Below are positions 61,263-64,000 of a DNA stretch of 64,000 nucleotides, in pieces. The translations under genes were made by a program, and so were the position numbers. The stretch comes from Candidatus Bathyarchaeota archaeon (lineage in GTDB: Archaea; Thermoproteota; Bathyarchaeia; Bathyarchaeales; Bathycorpusculaceae), in contig CAVYXJ010000012.1 in NCBI GenBank assembly GCA_963772455.1, forward strand, positions 64,001 through 128,000. The letters run 5' to 3'. The notes below the pieces were generated by a model, which was not told the origin of the DNA, ran no database searches, and was given only the letters and a program-made list of their open reading frames with translations. Within the stretch, counting starts at the first letter, position 1, and each line of letters opens with the position of its first letter.

Positions 61263-62649
61263 GTGGAAACTAGAAAAGAAATTGATCCATTAGGCGAGCG
61301 GACAATTCCAAAAGAAGCGTATTTTGGCATTCAAACCTTGAGGGCGACAGAGAATTTTCCAGTAAGCGGAATCAAAGCGCCAGTCCAATTTATCAAAGCC
61401 TATGTTCTTGTAAAGAAAGCTGCGGCTATGGCAAATTTTCAAGTCGGCTGGCTTGATTCAAAAATTGCAAATGCAATAACCGATGCATGTGACGAAATCC
61501 TCTCAGACAAACTCTTAGAACAATTCGTAGTTGATATTTTCCAAGCTGGCGCTGGAACCTCATTTAACATGAATGTTAACGAGGTATTAGCAAATCGGGC
61601 GCTTGAAATTCTTGGCAACCAAAAAGGAAATTACAAGATTATTAGCCCAAATGATCATGTAAATATGGGGCAATCTACCAACGACACTTTCCCAACGGCG
61701 CTCCATGTTTCCGTTCTTATGGCCCTGCAACCTTTGGAAACAGCACTTGATAACCTTGCAAAGGCTTTTGATGATTTGGGCATTAAAAATGCTCATGTTT
61801 TGAAGTCTGGTCGAACTCATTTGCAGGATGCAGTACCCGTTACGGTTGGACAAGAGTTTAGCGCTTATGGATCAGCTATCGCAAATGCATGTGCTGAACT
61901 GCGTAAAAGAGAGGAGAATCTCTACTCAGTTGCCTTAGGCGGCACCGCAACAGGTACAGGCGCTAACACTCATCCAGATTACAAGAAAATTGCAGTTGCA
62001 AAGCTAGGCTAAGCTTACAGGTTTCCCTCTAAAGCCTGCAAAAAACAATTTTGAAGCATTACAAAGCCACCGAGCTGCACAATCAGTTTCAAGTGGGCTT
62101 AAAGAGTTGGCATTGGAACTAATCCGCATTGCAAATGACCTGCGGCTACTTGCTTCAGGTCCGACAACTGGCTTAAACGAGATTACACTTCCACCAGTTC
62201 AACCTGGCTCATCGATTATGCCTGGAAAAGTGAACCCTGTTATGGCTGAATGCCTTGACATGGTAGCTTACCAAGTAGTCGGAAATGATTTAGCAACATC
62301 TATGGCTGTGCAGGCAGGACAATTAGAACTCAACGTTATGACACCTACAATAATGTATAATCTCCTCTTCTCAATTCAAATCCTCGCAAACTACATCCCA
62401 ACCTTCACAAAAAAATGCGTTCAAGGTATAACTGTCAATGAGAATAAATGTGAACAATACCTTGAAAAAAATCCTTCTTTAGCCACACTATTAGCACCAA
62501 AAATAGGGTACCTGGAGGCTGCAAAAATAGCAAAGCAAGCACAGGCAGAAAACCGCTCTGTGAAAGAAATTGTACTTGAAAAAAAACTGTTAAAACCAGA
62601 GGAAATCGAAAGGATTTTCAACCGAAAGAATCTTCTAAACGAACAATAA
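61263..62649 (+). CDS. aspA: Aspartate ammonia-lyase/class II fumarase family (aspartase-like signatures); +1 frameshift near 62007
   Basis: QAGAGTSFNMN, GQSTND, GRTHLQDA, GSSIMPGKVNP. Confidence 0.75.
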
Positions 62650-62698
62650 AGAAAATTCTCTTGAGAAGACTTCCCTATCTCATATTTCTACCCAAATT

Positions 62699-64000
62699 TT
62701 ATCCTGCAGTGCCATAACCACTAATGTTGATTGTTGCATCTGTTGAGCTTGAACTTGATTTAGCATCAGCCAGAATAGCCCAAATTATGCTCTGCGAAGG
62801 ATAGAGATTCATCATTTCTTCATCAGAAAGCCAAACCGAGCCACTCGTGGTGAAGGTTCGAACTGCTGAACTTGAGATTGCATTGTCGATATATTCTAAA
62901 CGAATTCTAACAGTAACTGTCTCGTCTTGGGATAAGCTCCCATCCACCGTAATCTGGGGTTTAAATGAAAAAATTTTAAGCGAACTTGCCCTGATACTCA
63001 CAGTCTCGCCATATTGATTGTTTAAACCCAAAGGAACGTTGACGTTTTGCCTTTGAAAAACCCCACCATCACCTACAATCCATTCACCAAATGGATTATG
63101 AATGCGAGCTGTCCAATTACCTAAGAAACTAACCCCACTATCAATAGTTGGCGATGAAGTACAGTTGTTGCCAAGGTCAATTCCAAAAAGGTATACTGGG
63201 TTAGGAGTGAAAGATTCGAAAACAACTCCAAAAAGAAGGGTTTGATCCATAGAACCATTTAATAAAATTGCAGTTTGATTTGCTCTGCTATAATCATTTT
63301 TCCCAAGCCAGAACCTAACATTCTGAATTTGACTATCAGAAAACTCCGCCAAAGGTTCAACGTTTATGCCCACTGAGAAATCTCTAAGATTAAAAGAGCA
63401 ACGATTGATTTGTGAGCTAGAATAGGAACCTGTACCGTTGCCAACTGGGGTCCGAAAAGCTATTCCTTCAGTGGCGTTGTTAAATTGACAATTTTCGATT
63501 TTGTTGTATTCACTCCAAGTGTTCGTGTTTGCTAACTCAATACCTATAGAGGTGTTTTCAAAAATGCTGTTTTGGATAGTTGTTCCAAACGAATTTTCAA
63601 CTCGAATGGTTGCATTTAACAAAGTCAAGCCCGAGATCAACGAATTTTTCGAAGTTGAATAGTCATCACCGTAGATAATTATTTTGTGTCCATTACCAAT
63701 GATTGTTGCGTCGTCACTAACGATTTTGGCATTCACCTTGTTTGAAATTACTATGTCATCTGTTAAAACGTAGGTTCCATTATTGAGATAAACTGATTTG
63801 CCAGACATTAAAGCGGAATTAATTGCAGAAGAAGCGCTTCCTTGCAATTCTGAAATGTAGCCAGTAAACATATTTTTTAATTTGTAGTTGTCTCCGTCTT
63901 GAGATAGAACATAATCATAATTTACCGCGTTGGAAGCCAATGAAGAACGAGTGTTTTCAAAAATCAAATAAGTGTTAAATGCGGTCAACAACATCAAAGC
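62699..64000 (-). CDS. Exported right-handed beta-helix protein (5' end at or beyond the window edge)
   Basis: VYLNNGTY, ISGLTL and repeated I-x-N-C-x-F/Asn-rich turns; hydrophobic N-terminal segment. Confidence 0.7.
   Translation of the reverse strand, partial: ALMLLTAFNTYLIFENTRSSLASNAVNYDYVLSQDGDNYKLKNMFTGYISELQGSASSAINSALMSGKSVYLNNGTYVLTDDIVISNKVNAKIVSDDATIIGNGHKIIIYGDDYSTSKNSLISGLTLLNATIRVENSFGTTIQNSIFENTSIGIELANTNTWSEYNKIENCQFNNATEGIAFRTPVGNGTGSYSSSQINRCSFNLRDFSVGINVEPLAEFSDSQIQNVRFWLGKNDYSRANQTAILLNGSMDQTLLFGVVFESFTPNPVYLFGIDLGNNCTSSPTIDSGVSFLGNWTARIHNPFGEWIVGDGGVFQRQNVNVPLGLNNQYGETVSIRASSLKIFSFKPQITVDGSLSQDETVTVRIRLEYIDNAISSSAVRTFTTSGSVWLSDEEMMNLYPSQSIIWAILADAKSSSSSTDATINISGYGTAG

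Noticed and set aside
551-62649. Pseudogenisation or programmed frameshifting of hppA, proA, nuoM, sdhA and aspA
   Set aside because: Proteins are otherwise intact, no slippery sites are seen, and the indels follow a wobble-position pattern that points to a consensus artefact

Overview
AT-rich archaeal chromosomal segment, most likely Bathyarchaeia (inferred from gene content, not from a search). Left to right: a Nudix hydrolase; a K+-independent H+-pyrophosphatase; proBA; a complex-I/Fpo-ordered (A-B-CD-H-I-J-K-L-M-N) energy-converting group 4 [NiFe]-hydrogenase operon; two ABC transporters; a YgiD dioxygenase; a beta-CASP nuclease; tandem DUF72 genes (one ending in a PIP box); secreted proteins; a cluster of tiny ORFs and a pseudogene; a REC-PAS histidine kinase; the RadA-like/small helical protein/PolB2 operon; a stand-alone MIT-coiled-coil gene; tRNA-Gly(GCC); a surface-protein region with a repeated promoter-plus-signal-peptide module and a CxxCH protein; a wHTH/wHTH/MinD-ParA module; oxidative-stress genes; the aIF-1A/Rio1/Dim2 operon; anchor-less sdhAB; and an aspartase-family gene. 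Top candidate for something undescribed: an unannotated ~120-nt box C/D-like RNA (54575-54693) with its own TATA box and a guide complementary to the tRNA-Leu(CAA) anticodon arm. About ten frameshifts in housekeeping genes mostly look like two synonymous alleles merged at a wobble position, so they are probably consensus artefacts rather than biology.
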